Shown one piece after another: positions 10,062 through 20,142 of a stretch of DNA of 64,000 bases. Source of the stretch: Clostridia bacterium (lineage in GTDB: Bacteria; Bacillota; Clostridia; Oscillospirales; RGIG5299); the NCBI GenBank assembly GCA_017504945.1, contig JAFVQJ010000015.1, positions 40,842-104,841 of the forward strand, written 5' to 3'. Position 1 is the first letter of the stretch; every line of letters starts with the position of its first letter. The translations under genes were made by a program, and so were the position numbers. The notes under the pieces are model-generated. The model saw only the letters and a list, made by a program, of their open reading frames with translations, searched no databases and had not been told where the DNA came from.

Positions 10062-10586
10062 ATGAAACAGAATAAATTTAAAGAACAGCTTATGCAGCTT
10101 TGTCTTGCCGCCGTTTTTGCGGCTCTTACCTTTTTGGGTACCTTCTTTTTTAAAATCCCCTTCGGCACGGGCGGATATCTCCATTTGGGAGATGCGTTTA
10201 TACTCATCGCCGCGGTGCTTATCAAAAAGCCCTACGCGCTTGGCGCTGCCGCAATAGGTGCGGGACTTGCCGATATAATCGGCGGCTTTGCCGCTTGGGC
10301 GCCCTTTACGATGATAATAAAGGCGGCTATGGTACTTTGCTTTTTACTCGTTAAAAGCAATAATATCCTTTCCTTTGCGGCGATAGCCTCGGCAGTCGTT
10401 GCGGGTATAGTGAATATTTTGGGCTATTACCTTGCAGAGTGGATACTTTACGGTAATTTTATAGCACCGATTGCATCGGTCCCGTGGAACGCTCTTCAGA
10501 GCCTTTTCGGTATAGTGATATTTTGCCTTGCCGGTTTCGTCTTTAAGGCACCGCCGATAAAAAAGATGATAGACAGAATAAAATAA
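10062..10586 (+). CDS. ECF-transporter substrate-capture (S) component, possibly vitamin B6-related
   Basis: About 175 aa with 5-6 TM helices and the GYLHLGDAFILIA motif typical of ECF S components. ATG 10062 is preceded by AAGGAG and lies immediately downstream of pdxK. The substrate is inferred from context only. Confidence 0.6.
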   Translation: MKQNKFKEQLMQLCLAAVFAALTFLGTFFFKIPFGTGGYLHLGDAFILIAAVLIKKPYALGAAAIGAGLADIIGGFAAWAPFTMIIKAAMVLCFLLVKSNNILSFAAIASAVVAGIVNILGYYLAEWILYGNFIAPIASVPWNALQSLFGIVIFCLAGFVFKAPPIKKMIDRIK

Positions 10587-10590
10587 AAAG

Positions 10591-10623
10591 ATCCCTTTGC
10601 AGAATACTGCAAAGGGATTTTTG
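10591..10623. terminator. Bidirectional terminator between the ECF S-component gene and the MATE gene
   Basis: Perfect 12-bp stem ATCCCTTTGCAG / CTGCAAAGGGAT followed by a T-run. Confidence 0.65.
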
Positions 10624-11985
10624 TTAATCTTCCATAGTTTTCAGCTTTTTATCGTAAATTCGCTTATAGAGGAAAGCCGAGAGAATAAGCGAGGCTATCT
10701 CTGCAATGGGGTAGGATACCCAAACGAGATCGAGATTTCCCGTAAGCGACATAAGGTAGGCAATGGGCAAGAGGAAAATAAGCTGACGCGCAAAGGAAAC
10801 TATAAAGCTGTACATACCGTTTCCGACCGCCTGACTTACCGAGTTAAGACAAATGCACACTGCAGCTCCGAGGAAGGAGGATGCGATTATACGAAGGGCG
10901 GGGGCGCCTATTTTGAGCATTTCGTCCGATGCGGAGAACATCGAGAGCAAAAGCTCGGGGAATGCGACCATAAAGAGAGTGCCGAGCGACATAATTATTA
11001 TGGCGTAAATAACGGCAAGCTTTATCGTCTTGGTTATTCGCTTTCTGCGGCGTGCGCCGAAGTTATAGGCAACGATGGGAACCATACCGTTATTAAGACC
11101 GAAAACGGGCATAAAGAAGAAGCTCTGAATTTTGAAATATGCGCCGAAAACGTTGGTCGCCACCTCGGTAAATGAGGACAAAATGGAATTCATAAAGAAG
11201 ACCATTACTGAGCCCACCGACTGCATAAGAATAGAGGGGAGTCCCACCGAATAGATGTTTTTGATTATTTTGCCGTCGGGCTTAAAGCCTTTGAACGATA
11301 TGTGGATATCCTTATTGAGCTTAAGATTTGCAAAAATTCCAACCGCCGTGCCCGCCGCCTGACCTATAACGGTGGCAATTGCGGCACCTGCGATGCCCAT
11401 ATCGAAAACGAAGATGAAAACGGGGTCCAAAATAATGTTTACGATAGCGCCCGTCATCTGAACGAACATCGAAAGAGTGGTTCTTCCCGTCGACTGCAAA
11501 AGGCGGTTGAAGCATATTTCGCCAAAGGAGAAGATCGAGCCTATCATACAGATAGAAAGATATTCACAGCCGTAGCGGACGACCTCGGCGTTTTCCGTTT
11601 GCACCTCGAAGAAGGGACGCACGGCAAAAATACCGAGCAGCAGAAAAACGGAATAAGAAAGCAGATATAAAAACATACCGTTTACGGCGCTTTTGTTGGC
11701 GGAGTCAAACTCCTTTGCACCGAGATACCTCGACAGAAGCGAGCTCATACCGACGCCCGTGCCGACTGCAACGCCGATAAGCAGGTTTTGAGCGGGAAAG
11801 GCGTAGTTTACGGCGGTAAAGGCGTTTTCGCTTATCATTGCGACGAAGATGCTGTCAATTATATTGTAAAGCGCCTGAACGAGCATCGACACCATCATCG
11901 GAAGCGACATAGTGATAAGCAGCTTATTTATGGGCATAGTGCCCATTTTGTTTTCTTTGAGTGTGGAGGAGGATTGGTTGCTCAT
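10624..11985 (-). CDS. MATE family efflux transporter
   Basis: 453 aa with 12 predicted TM helices and an N-terminus (PINKLLITMSLPMMVSMLVQALYNIIDSIFV) typical of MatE/NorM. Confidence 0.85.
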   Translation of the reverse strand: MSNQSSSTLKENKMGTMPINKLLITMSLPMMVSMLVQALYNIIDSIFVAMISENAFTAVNYAFPAQNLLIGVAVGTGVGMSSLLSRYLGAKEFDSANKSAVNGMFLYLLSYSVFLLLGIFAVRPFFEVQTENAEVVRYGCEYLSICMIGSIFSFGEICFNRLLQSTGRTTLSMFVQMTGAIVNIILDPVFIFVFDMGIAGAAIATVIGQAAGTAVGIFANLKLNKDIHISFKGFKPDGKIIKNIYSVGLPSILMQSVGSVMVFFMNSILSSFTEVATNVFGAYFKIQSFFFMPVFGLNNGMVPIVAYNFGARRRKRITKTIKLAVIYAIIIMSLGTLFMVAFPELLLSMFSASDEMLKIGAPALRIIASSFLGAAVCICLNSVSQAVGNGMYSFIVSFARQLIFLLPIAYLMSLTGNLDLVWVSYPIAEIASLILSAFLYKRIYDKKLKTMED

Positions 11986-12103
11986 ATTTTTCTTCCTTTT
12001 TGATCTGCCTTTGTAAAATACTGTATATTAGCCTTAAAAATAACTATACCTTGTCTTTCGACAAGGTATAATAGTTTGCAAATATGCAAGACCTACAAAG
12101 CAA

Positions 12104-12310
12104 TTATTTATCTGCTTTGTTGAATCTTCTGTTGAATCTGTCAACACGGCCGCCGGTGTCGATAAGCTTCTGCTTGCCGGTGTAGAAGGGGTGGCATTTG
12201 GAGCAGATTTCAACGTTTATATCGCCTTTTGTGGTATGTGTTTCGATAACGTTGCCGCAAGCACATTTGATAACTGCGGGCTTAAATTCGGGATGGATAC
12301 CGTCTTTCAT
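12104..12310 (-). CDS. rpmE: 50S ribosomal protein L31
   Basis: MKDGIHPEF...CACGN...[28 protein letters not shown] is canonical L31 with its Zn ribbon. Confidence 0.95.
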   Translation of the reverse strand: MKDGIHPEFKPAVIKCACGNVIETHTTKGDINVEICSKCHPFYTGKQKLIDTGGRVDRFNRRFNKADK

Positions 12311-12551
12311 TGTGTTTCACCTCTAATATCCTATTTAACGCCGTATTATGATAACACAAAAATCGTATTATTGCAATAGTTTTTTGAAAAAAATTTTAAA
12401 ATAGCTTAAATTTCGCTTTAAAATGATTGTAAAGCTTTACCAAAAAGCCGAAAAGCATTTAAAAATCGGGGTAATTGATATTATTCCGATTGCAAAAAGA
12501 TGAAAATGTGTTATAATAATAGATAATAAAATGCGCGAAGGAAGTTATGAA

Positions 12552-14882
12552 ATGAGCATTAAAAATCCGCAATTTACAGTTAAGGCAAACGAAACGAAAA
12601 GAAAGGCAAGAAAGCCGAGCGCCGACTACGCTTTTCCCTCCTTTTTGAATCAGCTTGAAATAAAGGACGTTAATGCAAATTGGATATGGGAAAACGGGTG
12701 CGAAGCGCAGAGCGCAGTCTGCTTTGTAAAGGATTTCACTCTTGATTTTATTCCCGAAACGGCAATTACCCGCATCTCTGCCGATAGCAAATACGTTTTA
12801 TGGGTAAACGGCGAGAAAACAGTGCTCGAGGGCGGTCTTAAAAGAGGCTTTGCGCCCGATTCCGTTTACTGCGACGAGATAGATATCGCCCCTTATCTCA
12901 AAATGGGCGAAAACAGAATAGCGGCTTGGGTGCGCTATTTCGGATACGACGGCTACTCTCACGTTTCGAGCGGAGAGGGCGGCTTTTTGCTCGAATGCCG
13001 CGCGGCAGCCGTTCGCACCGATGCTTCCTTCAAATGCAAGCGCGACAGCGCATATATCCCCGAGCTCGACAGTGAAATGCTTACAAACTACCGTCTTGCC
13101 GAGGGCAATATCTATTACGATGCAAGAGAGGAATTGGGCGAGTTTTATCTTCCCGATTTTGACGTTTCCTCTTGGGAAAACGCCACCGAAAAGGCTTATG
13201 CCGGCGAGGGAGCTTACGGAAAGCTCTACCCGAGGATAATTCCCATGTTCAAGGATTTCGGAGTAAGCGACTTTGTTTCTACCGAAATTATTTCACAGAA
13301 AAAGCTTTTTGCCGATAAGATATACGAGTGTATTCTCCCCTATAACTGCCACATCGTGCCGATAATAGAGGTCGATGCCCCCGCGGGCAAGCGCATCGAC
13401 GTTTATACCGATATGTACTGCGATGCAAACGGTCTTTCGCAGCGCCTTGTTTATATTACCAAAAAAGGCGTTCAGAGCTTTGAGAGCCCCTCGTGGATAA
13501 ACGGCGGAAAGGTATATTTTCATATTCCCTGCGGCGTTAAGGTGATATCTCTCAAATACAGAGAAACGGGCTACGATTCCGAGTTTTCGGGCGGCTTCGA
13601 GTGCGACGATACTGTGCTTAACGCCGTTTACGAAAAGTCCCGCCGCACCCTCTACGTAACGATGCGCGACACCTTTATGGATTGTCCCGACCGCGAACGC
13701 GCGCAGTGGTGGGGCGATGCGGTAAACGAGTCGGAGCTTTGCTATTACTGTATGGACGAAAAGGCGGCTCTGCTTTTCAAAAAGGGAATTCTCTCGATGG
13801 CGGCTTGGCAGCATACTGACGGCGTGCTTCAGACCGTAACTCCCGATAAGATAGATCTTTTCGAGCTTCCGCTTCAGAATCTTGCGGGAATAGTGGGATT
13901 TTTAAATTACTATAAATTCACGGGCGACTCTTCGGTGCTTCCTGTTGCCTATAAGGCGTCGCTTGCATACCTTTCCCTTTGGGAAACGGAGGAAAACGGT
14001 CTGGTATCTCACAGAAAGGGCAGCTGGGACTGGCCCGATTGGGGCGTCTCGGCAGATATGCCGGTGCTTGAAAACGCGTGGTACTATTACGCTCTCTTAA
14101 GCGTTATTGAGATGCACAAGATAATTGGAAAAAATCAGGGTATTGAAATACTTGAGGAGCGTGCCGCAAGGCTTAAAAACGCCTTTAATCACGTATTTTA
14201 CGACGGCAACGCCTATCTCTCCTCAAGCGGCTACGACGACAGGGCAAACGCCGTTGCGGTCATCTCCGGTCTTGCCGATAAGGATACCTACAAGGGCATT
14301 GCCAAGGTGTTCGATAACGTCTATAATTCAAGTCCGTATATGGAAAAGTACGTGCTTGAGGCTCTTTGCAGGATGGATCTTCACGAAAAGGCGAAAAACA
14401 GAATAAGAAAGCGCTATTCCGAAATGGCGAAGAGCGATTGCAGCACGCTTTGGGAATTCTGGAGCGCGGGCGCAGGAACCAAAAATCACGCGTGGTCGGG
14501 CGGACCTCTCGTGATAATGAGCCGTTATTTTGCGGGCGTATCGCCTCTTACAGCAGGCTACGGCACCTGTCTTATTAAGCCCGAGCTTGCGGGACTTTAC
14601 GAGATAAACGCCGAAATACCCACTCCCAACGGCACGGTAGGAGTTAAGGCAAGAAAAACCGATAATGCGGTGAAATATATTATAGACGTTCCCAAAAAGG
14701 GCGGCGCGGTAATTGCGATAAGAGCCTCGGAGAGCGACGGCGTATTTATAAACGGCGAAAGAGCAGAGCTTTTACCCAAGGCACAGACCGAGGGAATGAT
14801 ATTCTTGAAAGCCGACGCGACACATCTCTATTTTGCGGCAACGGCAGGTAAAAAGGAAATAATTACTGCAAAGAGCGAATAA
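12552..14882 (+). CDS. Glycoside hydrolase, alpha-L-rhamnosidase-like (GH78-like six-hairpin)
   Basis: FMDCPDRERAQWWGDA resembles the DCP.RER..W.GD motif of the GH78 catalytic domain, and the size is ~780 aa. I chose ATG 12552 (GGAAG RBS at 12540-12544). The family assignment is from memory and was not searched. Confidence 0.55.
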   Translation: MSIKNPQFTVKANETKRKARKPSADYAFPSFLNQLEIKDVNANWIWENGCEAQSAVCFVKDFTLDFIPETAITRISADSKYVLWVNGEKTVLEGGLKRGFAPDSVYCDEIDIAPYLKMGENRIAAWVRYFGYDGYSHVSSGEGGFLLECRAAAVRTDASFKCKRDSAYIPELDSEMLTNYRLAEGNIYYDAREELGEFYLPDFDVSSWENATEKAYAGEGAYGKLYPRIIPMFKDFGVSDFVSTEIISQKKLFADKIYECILPYNCHIVPIIEVDAPAGKRIDVYTDMYCDANGLSQRLVYITKKGVQSFESPSWINGGKVYFHIPCGVKVISLKYRETGYDSEFSGGFECDDTVLNAVYEKSRRTLYVTMRDTFMDCPDRERAQWWGDAVNESELCYYCMDEKAALLFKKGILSMAAWQHTDGVLQTVTPDKIDLFELPLQNLAGIVGFLNYYKFTGDSSVLPVAYKASLAYLSLWETEENGLVSHRKGSWDWPDWGVSADMPVLENAWYYYALLSVIEMHKIIGKNQGIEILEERAARLKNAFNHVFYDGNAYLSSSGYDDRANAVAVISGLADKDTYKGIAKVFDNVYNSSPYMEKYVLEALCRMDLHEKAKNRIRKRYSEMAKSDCSTLWEFWSAGAGTKNHAWSGGPLVIMSRYFAGVSPLTAGYGTCLIKPELAGLYEINAEIPTPNGTVGVKARKTDNAVKYIIDVPKKGGAVIAIRASESDGVFINGERAELLPKAQTEGMIFLKADATHLYFAATAGKKEIITAKSE

Positions 14883-14883
14883 A

Positions 14884-15717
14884 ATGAAGATAATAAACTT
14901 TCATACCCATATTTTTGCCGACGCGATAGCCAAAAGAGCAATATCGACGTTGGCGGAAAAATCAAACAAAATACCCTCGTACGACGGCACCGCGGGCGGA
15001 CTCATAGCCGATATGAAGAAAACGGGGGTAGATATATCGGTGGTACAGCCCGTTGCCACCAAGCCAACCCAGTGCGAAACTATAAACAGATGGGCATCGG
15101 AGTTAAACGGCAAGGACGGACTTGTCTTTTTCGGCGCACTTCATCCCGATTGCGAGAATTACAGAGAAATAATAGCAAACATAAAGGCAAGCGGCTTAAA
15201 GGGAGTAAAGCTCCACCCCGATTATCAGGGCTTTTTTGCCGACGAAAAGAGAATGTACCCGATTTATGAGGAGATATTCTCAAACGGTCTTATACTTCTT
15301 TTCCACAGCGGAGTGGATATCGGTCTTCCGCCGCCCGTCCACCTCACGCCCGACAGGGCAGTTACTCTTGCAAGGGATTTTGACGGCGCGAAGATGGTGT
15401 TTGCGCACCTCGGCGGCTTTATGCTCTACAAAGAAACGGCAAGAGCGTTTGGCAAGGCGTTTGAAAACGGAATTCCGAGTGGGGTATATATCGATACGTC
15501 GATGGGCTCGCTTTATTACGACGCAGATGAATTTGGGGCGCTTCTTGACCTCTTTACCGAGGATAAGCTCCTCTTTGCAACCGACGGGCCTTGGGGCTAT
15601 GCCGAGCGCGAAATAGCGGCGCAGACGGAGATGATAAAAAAAGCGGCGGGAAACGGTTACGAGAAGATAACCGAAAAGATAATGCATAAAAACGCGGAAA
15701 AGCTGCTGGGAATTTAA
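14884..15717 (+). CDS. Amidohydrolase-2 family TIM-barrel metal-dependent hydrolase
   Basis: N-terminal INFHTHIF metal-binding motif, VKLHPDYQGF, HLGG, and 277 aa in length. It starts 2 nt after the previous stop. Confidence 0.6.
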   Translation: MKIINFHTHIFADAIAKRAISTLAEKSNKIPSYDGTAGGLIADMKKTGVDISVVQPVATKPTQCETINRWASELNGKDGLVFFGALHPDCENYREIIANIKASGLKGVKLHPDYQGFFADEKRMYPIYEEIFSNGLILLFHSGVDIGLPPPVHLTPDRAVTLARDFDGAKMVFAHLGGFMLYKETARAFGKAFENGIPSGVYIDTSMGSLYYDADEFGALLDLFTEDKLLFATDGPWGYAEREIAAQTEMIKKAAGNGYEKITEKIMHKNAEKLLGI

Positions 15718-15859
15718 AACAAAAAAGCATTTGTTATTTGACAAATGCTTTATATTATATTTAAGACTTTTTGTGCAAATAAAAAGTCTTTTTGTCTATT
15801 TACCGATATTTATAAATTGTATAAAATAAAAACATAATTATTTCTTTCGGAGGGGAATT

Positions 15860-18331
15860 ATGAAAAAAACGGTTGCAGTTGTATTGGCTCTTATCCTCAT
15901 TGCCGTTACTGCGTCTGCGGTCTTTACGGGCTGTTCCAATGGGAAAGTTGGATTCAAGGGAAGTCTTACCGTTGCGCTTGACTCAAACGGTAAATACACC
16001 TCGGTAAAGTCCGGCGGCAAGGAGCTAATAACCCAAAGCGGAGCGGGCGGCTTCTTTATCTATAATTTTGAAGACAGAAGCTATTATGAAATGACGGAGG
16101 TCTCCGTTTCCAAAAAGGGAAGCAGCTACACCGTTTCGGGAAGCAACTCCGAGCTCGGAGCAACCCTTAACGCAACTCTTGAACAGAAAAACGGCGCCGT
16201 TATAGTAAAGGGCACGGTGAAGGATACCACCGGTAACGACCGCCGCTTCAGAGTAGAGCATTCACTTCCGATTGATGCAAACGGCTGGCGCTACGGCATT
16301 GATCTTAACAGCTCCGACGAGATAAAAGGAAAAAACGTATTTGCAAACCGCCACACCGTTTTAACCAAGATCTATCAGGCAAACTACCCCTTTGCTTCGA
16401 TATCGAACGACGAAACGGGTATAGCGGCAACCAACTTGTTTGATTCGCCCGTCGTTTACGATTATTGTTACGATAACGAGGCAAAGCTTTTTACCCAGTC
16501 CTTCTATATGGGACTTTCCTCACAGACCAAAAACCCCTCGGAGGGAAGCTTCTCCTTCGCGCTTTACGATTTCAAGGGCTATCACGGCTTCAGAGGCGCG
16601 GCTGACGGAATGTATAAGATCGTTCCCGAGGCGTTTGAAACAAAAGCAGAGGAGCATGGCAACTGGCTTTTCCAGCAAAACGCCTACTATAACCTCAACG
16701 GTGTAGAGGACTACCTCGGAATCTTCAACGAATCTCCCAACTATATATTCGATAATAAATACGGCGTAGCCTCGGCAAAATACGTTGCTCCCGCCGAGAT
16801 ATGGATCTCGTGGTACGACTATGACGGCCCCAACGCCGTTCCCACTGCGGCAGAGCTCAAGAGCAAGCTTGAAAAAATGCTTACGATGCCCGAGTCGGCA
16901 AAGGATATGTACGATAACGTATCTCAAAAGGATATTGCGTCGGCGATTTTCAGCAGTGGCTATTATATAAACAAGAATAACGATTACTGGAACGCGGGCT
17001 GGAACTCCTCTTACTCGAAGATAATGGCATTTATTGCAAACGGCAATCCCAATATTCCCGCCCCGAGCAACTACAGCATTCACCGTCAGATATTCAACGA
17101 CGAGGAGGCAAAAGCGGCATCGGAGGGATACAAGGTAACGGGTCTGTATATTGATAACGCCAACTACGGCTCACTTTCAAATCTCGATTACAATACCGCA
17201 AACTATAAATACAGCAGCTATCCTCTTCTTTGGGATAATTCCGGCACCCTTGCGCTTCCCTTGGGCTACTGCACTTGGGAGTTTATCGATGCCTTTACCG
17301 CAGAGGAAAGCGATAAGATATCTCTCGGAAACATCGCATTCCCCGATAACGGAAGCGCAACCGCGCTTGCTCATTTCTTTGATATCCCCGGCGGCGAGAT
17401 AGGAAACTCGTGGGGACAGACCGACGAGGAGTTTATGCTTCGTCGCGTAAACGCCTACCAAAAGCCTTGGGCACTCCTTCTTACTCAAAACTTCAACGAC
17501 GTTTTTGAAGGCGTTGTTGACAAAAACGAAGCAAACTATAAATCAAAAGAGCTTTTGATGAAACGCTCCCTTTTCTGGGGCGTTATGTGCAACGCTATGA
17601 CTTTGACCGCAGATACTGCGGCGCTTGAAAGCGTAAGACCGCTCTTTATAAAATACGGCACGGCTCAAAAGCTCGTTTCGGAAGCTGGCTGGGAACCGAT
17701 AACCCACGCCGTTCCCACCTCAAACGCAATAAGCTGTGAGAGATTCGGCGGCAACGGCAACGAGGCGGTTTGGTTTACCGTAAGAGCAAACCGCGACGGC
17801 GCCGAAAATGAGGGAATATACGTTCCGCTTCCCAATCTCGGCTTCAAAAAAGGCGATTATAACAAGCTTATTGCATTCGATGTTGTTGCAAATAAAATGC
17901 TTGACGTAGTTGTCGAAGGCGACATAATGACCGTCAAGACAGAGCTTTCCGAAACAGACGACGTTGCGGCGGTAATAATCGGCACTCCCGCGCAGATAGC
18001 GGCAGCACTCAAAGATGAAAACGCCACGGCAGCCAAACGCATAGAGGAAAAGCTTTCGGAACTTGAAAAGCTTGCCGACAAAAAGACCTCCGATCCCGCT
18101 GAGGTAATAGCTGAAATCAAGGAAATGAAAAAGGCAAATGCCGCATTCCTTAAAGCGGTAAATAAAGGCGATTTCGCAAAGGCGGCAGCCGAGCTTGAAA
18201 CGGTAACGAGCCTCTCGCAGAGCTTTATCGACCAAAAGACCTTCGGCGCGGTGGAGGGCAAGGCAATTCAAACCGAGCTTACCGCAGTTGCCGAAAGATA
18301 TATGAACAGATATAAAGCGTTATCGAAATAA
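15860..18331 (+). CDS. Large hypothetical lipoprotein
   Basis: Signal peptide with a lipobox (VFTGC). The protein is 823 aa with an alanine/lysine-rich helical C-terminal tail. No catalytic motif was recognised. Confidence 0.55.
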   Translation: MKKTVAVVLALILIAVTASAVFTGCSNGKVGFKGSLTVALDSNGKYTSVKSGGKELITQSGAGGFFIYNFEDRSYYEMTEVSVSKKGSSYTVSGSNSELGATLNATLEQKNGAVIVKGTVKDTTGNDRRFRVEHSLPIDANGWRYGIDLNSSDEIKGKNVFANRHTVLTKIYQANYPFASISNDETGIAATNLFDSPVVYDYCYDNEAKLFTQSFYMGLSSQTKNPSEGSFSFALYDFKGYHGFRGAADGMYKIVPEAFETKAEEHGNWLFQQNAYYNLNGVEDYLGIFNESPNYIFDNKYGVASAKYVAPAEIWISWYDYDGPNAVPTAAELKSKLEKMLTMPESAKDMYDNVSQKDIASAIFSSGYYINKNNDYWNAGWNSSYSKIMAFIANGNPNIPAPSNYSIHRQIFNDEEAKAASEGYKVTGLYIDNANYGSLSNLDYNTANYKYSSYPLLWDNSGTLALPLGYCTWEFIDAFTAEESDKISLGNIAFPDNGSATALAHFFDIPGGEIGNSWGQTDEEFMLRRVNAYQKPWALLLTQNFNDVFEGVVDKNEANYKSKELLMKRSLFWGVMCNAMTLTADTAALESVRPLFIKYGTAQKLVSEAGWEPITHAVPTSNAISCERFGGNGNEAVWFTVRANRDGAENEGIYVPLPNLGFKKGDYNKLIAFDVVANKMLDVVVEGDIMTVKTELSETDDVAAVIIGTPAQIAAALKDENATAAKRIEEKLSELEKLADKKTSDPAEVIAEIKEMKKANAAFLKAVNKGDFAKAAAELETVTSLSQSFIDQKTFGAVEGKAIQTELTAVAERYMNRYKALSK

Positions 18332-18373
18332 AACGCTTAATATAATGAAAAAATATATAAAGGAGCAAAAATA

Positions 18374-20044
18374 ATGAAAAAGATAATTGCAACAGTCTTG
18401 GCACTTGTCCTTTGTCTTGGGCTTCTTTCCGCCTGCACGGGCGGCGGAAGTCAGAGGATACCCTACGATTACGGCGATGGCTTTAAGCCCTATTCACCCG
18501 AAATAACGATAAGCGTTGCCAATCCCATGGCAGAAGACCTTGTGGCTTATCTCACCGAAAAGGGCGACAATCAGGAAAACAACGCTTGGAACAGGCTTTA
18601 CCGCGAAAAGTTGGGCATTAAGATAAGATACGATTCTGCTTTCGGTATGCTCGGCGGCTACACCGAGAAGCTCTCGGCTGCAAGCATGGCAGATAACTTC
18701 CCTGATCTCGCGTATCTCGGAAGCGGCGAATTTGCCTACACCCTCATAAAGAATATGTATGAAAGAGATCAGCTTGCCGACCTCACCGACGCTATTGAAA
18801 AGCTTGCGTCCGACGATCTCAAAAACGCCTTCGAGGTTGCAGGCGATGAGATCTTCTATCCTGCCACCTTCAACGGCAAGAAATTTGCGATTCCGCAGAT
18901 AATCGGCGCGGAAAACGAGGCGTATACCTATTATTTCCTCAGAAAAGACTGGCTTGATAACTTGAATCTCGCGATTCCCTCCACCTTTGAGGAGCTTCTC
19001 TCGGTCTGTGAGGCGTTTGCAAATCAGGATCCCGACGGAAACGGTGAGGACGATACCTACGGTCTTTCCTTCGGCGGCGACTTCAGAGAGACGGGCTCAC
19101 TCTTCTTTGCGGCATACGGAGCATATCCCGGTCAGTGGATAAAGAGTGAGGACGGAAGCAAGCTCGTTTACGGCTCTTACACCGAAAACACCAAGAGAGC
19201 TATTGCACAGCTTCACGAGATGTATAAGAGCGGCGCTCTTAATCCTGCCTTCAACGAGACCGGCTTCGACGGACTCTACACTGAGTTCAACACCGGTAAA
19301 GCAGGCGTTTTCATGGGTAAGGTATATTATCCCTTCCTCCTTGAAAACCTCGTTATGAGAAACCCCGATGCAGAGATAGTTGCCGTTAAGGCAATGGCGG
19401 CAGACGGCGGTGAGGTAAAGATAATGACTCCCACCAACGCGGCGGCGTATTTCGTAATGAATGCGAAATGCAACTATCCCGAGGCAATGGTAAAGATGTT
19501 TAACCTCTACCTTGAGACCAGCTTGAATCCCGAGTCGGAGGAACAGTATTACGAGCTTATAGCCGACAAGGATACCGGTAAGAATATCTGGACTATGTCA
19601 CCCGTCAAGACCGCTATTCCCGGTGAAAACGCCAGAAAGGCAAACATAGTTGTCGAGGCACTTCTCGAAGGCACAAAGGAAAATCTTCTTCCTCATCAGG
19701 TAGCTCTTTACGATCAGGTAGTTCAGTTTGAGGAGAGAGGCACCAAATCCCTCTACGGCGACTGGATGCTCTGGAAGGAAGGCGGCACCGAGTCCACCAT
19801 TCAGGAGTATTTCGATAACGAATGGTTTATGCCCATCAACTTCAACGGCGCAAAGACCGAAAGTATGCAGCTTTACGGCGACGATCTTTACAGCGGCGAG
19901 GTCGGCGGCTTTATCCTTATGATAATGGGTGAAAATCCCATCGACAGCTTCGACACAATGTACGACGCCTGGAAGGATATCGGCGGCGCCGACGTTGAAA
20001 GAGAGATCAACGAGTGGTACAGCACCGTCAGAGCGCAGAACTGA
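18374..20044 (+). CDS. ABC transporter extracellular solute-binding lipoprotein (large family-1 type)
   Basis: Lipobox LLSAC, ~556 aa, and sequence character typical of the large sugar/oligosaccharide-binding proteins. No permease or ATPase genes are adjacent. Confidence 0.7.
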   Translation: MKKIIATVLALVLCLGLLSACTGGGSQRIPYDYGDGFKPYSPEITISVANPMAEDLVAYLTEKGDNQENNAWNRLYREKLGIKIRYDSAFGMLGGYTEKLSAASMADNFPDLAYLGSGEFAYTLIKNMYERDQLADLTDAIEKLASDDLKNAFEVAGDEIFYPATFNGKKFAIPQIIGAENEAYTYYFLRKDWLDNLNLAIPSTFEELLSVCEAFANQDPDGNGEDDTYGLSFGGDFRETGSLFFAAYGAYPGQWIKSEDGSKLVYGSYTENTKRAIAQLHEMYKSGALNPAFNETGFDGLYTEFNTGKAGVFMGKVYYPFLLENLVMRNPDAEIVAVKAMAADGGEVKIMTPTNAAAYFVMNAKCNYPEAMVKMFNLYLETSLNPESEEQYYELIADKDTGKNIWTMSPVKTAIPGENARKANIVVEALLEGTKENLLPHQVALYDQVVQFEERGTKSLYGDWMLWKEGGTESTIQEYFDNEWFMPINFNGAKTESMQLYGDDLYSGEVGGFILMIMGENPIDSFDTMYDAWKDIGGADVEREINEWYSTVRAQN

Positions 20045-20070
20045 TAATTAAATAAAATAAAAACACAGAC

Positions 20071-20107
20071 GACCCCGTCCGAAATTTGTTCGGACGGGGT
20101 CATTTTT
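20071..20107 (+). terminator. Intrinsic terminator after the solute-binding protein gene
   Basis: 13-bp stem GACCCCGTCCGAA / TTCGGACGGGGTC followed by TTTTT. Confidence 0.75.
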
Positions 20108-20142
20108 GTTATAATAGAAGAAAAAACCTCGGAGGCATAAAA

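Noticed and set aside
10597-11175. 192-aa plus-strand ORF antisense to the MATE transporter. Many similar antisense ORFs occur, for example 2752-3621, 6887-7582, 13293-13814, 16520-17083, 17720-18271, 19888-20424, 45852-46451, 48901-49557, 58365-59327 and 61119-61817.
   Set aside because: All are fully nested antisense to, or out of frame with, genes that carry strong family signatures. They show biased Arg/Ser/Leu-rich composition typical of shadow ORFs in ~50% GC DNA.
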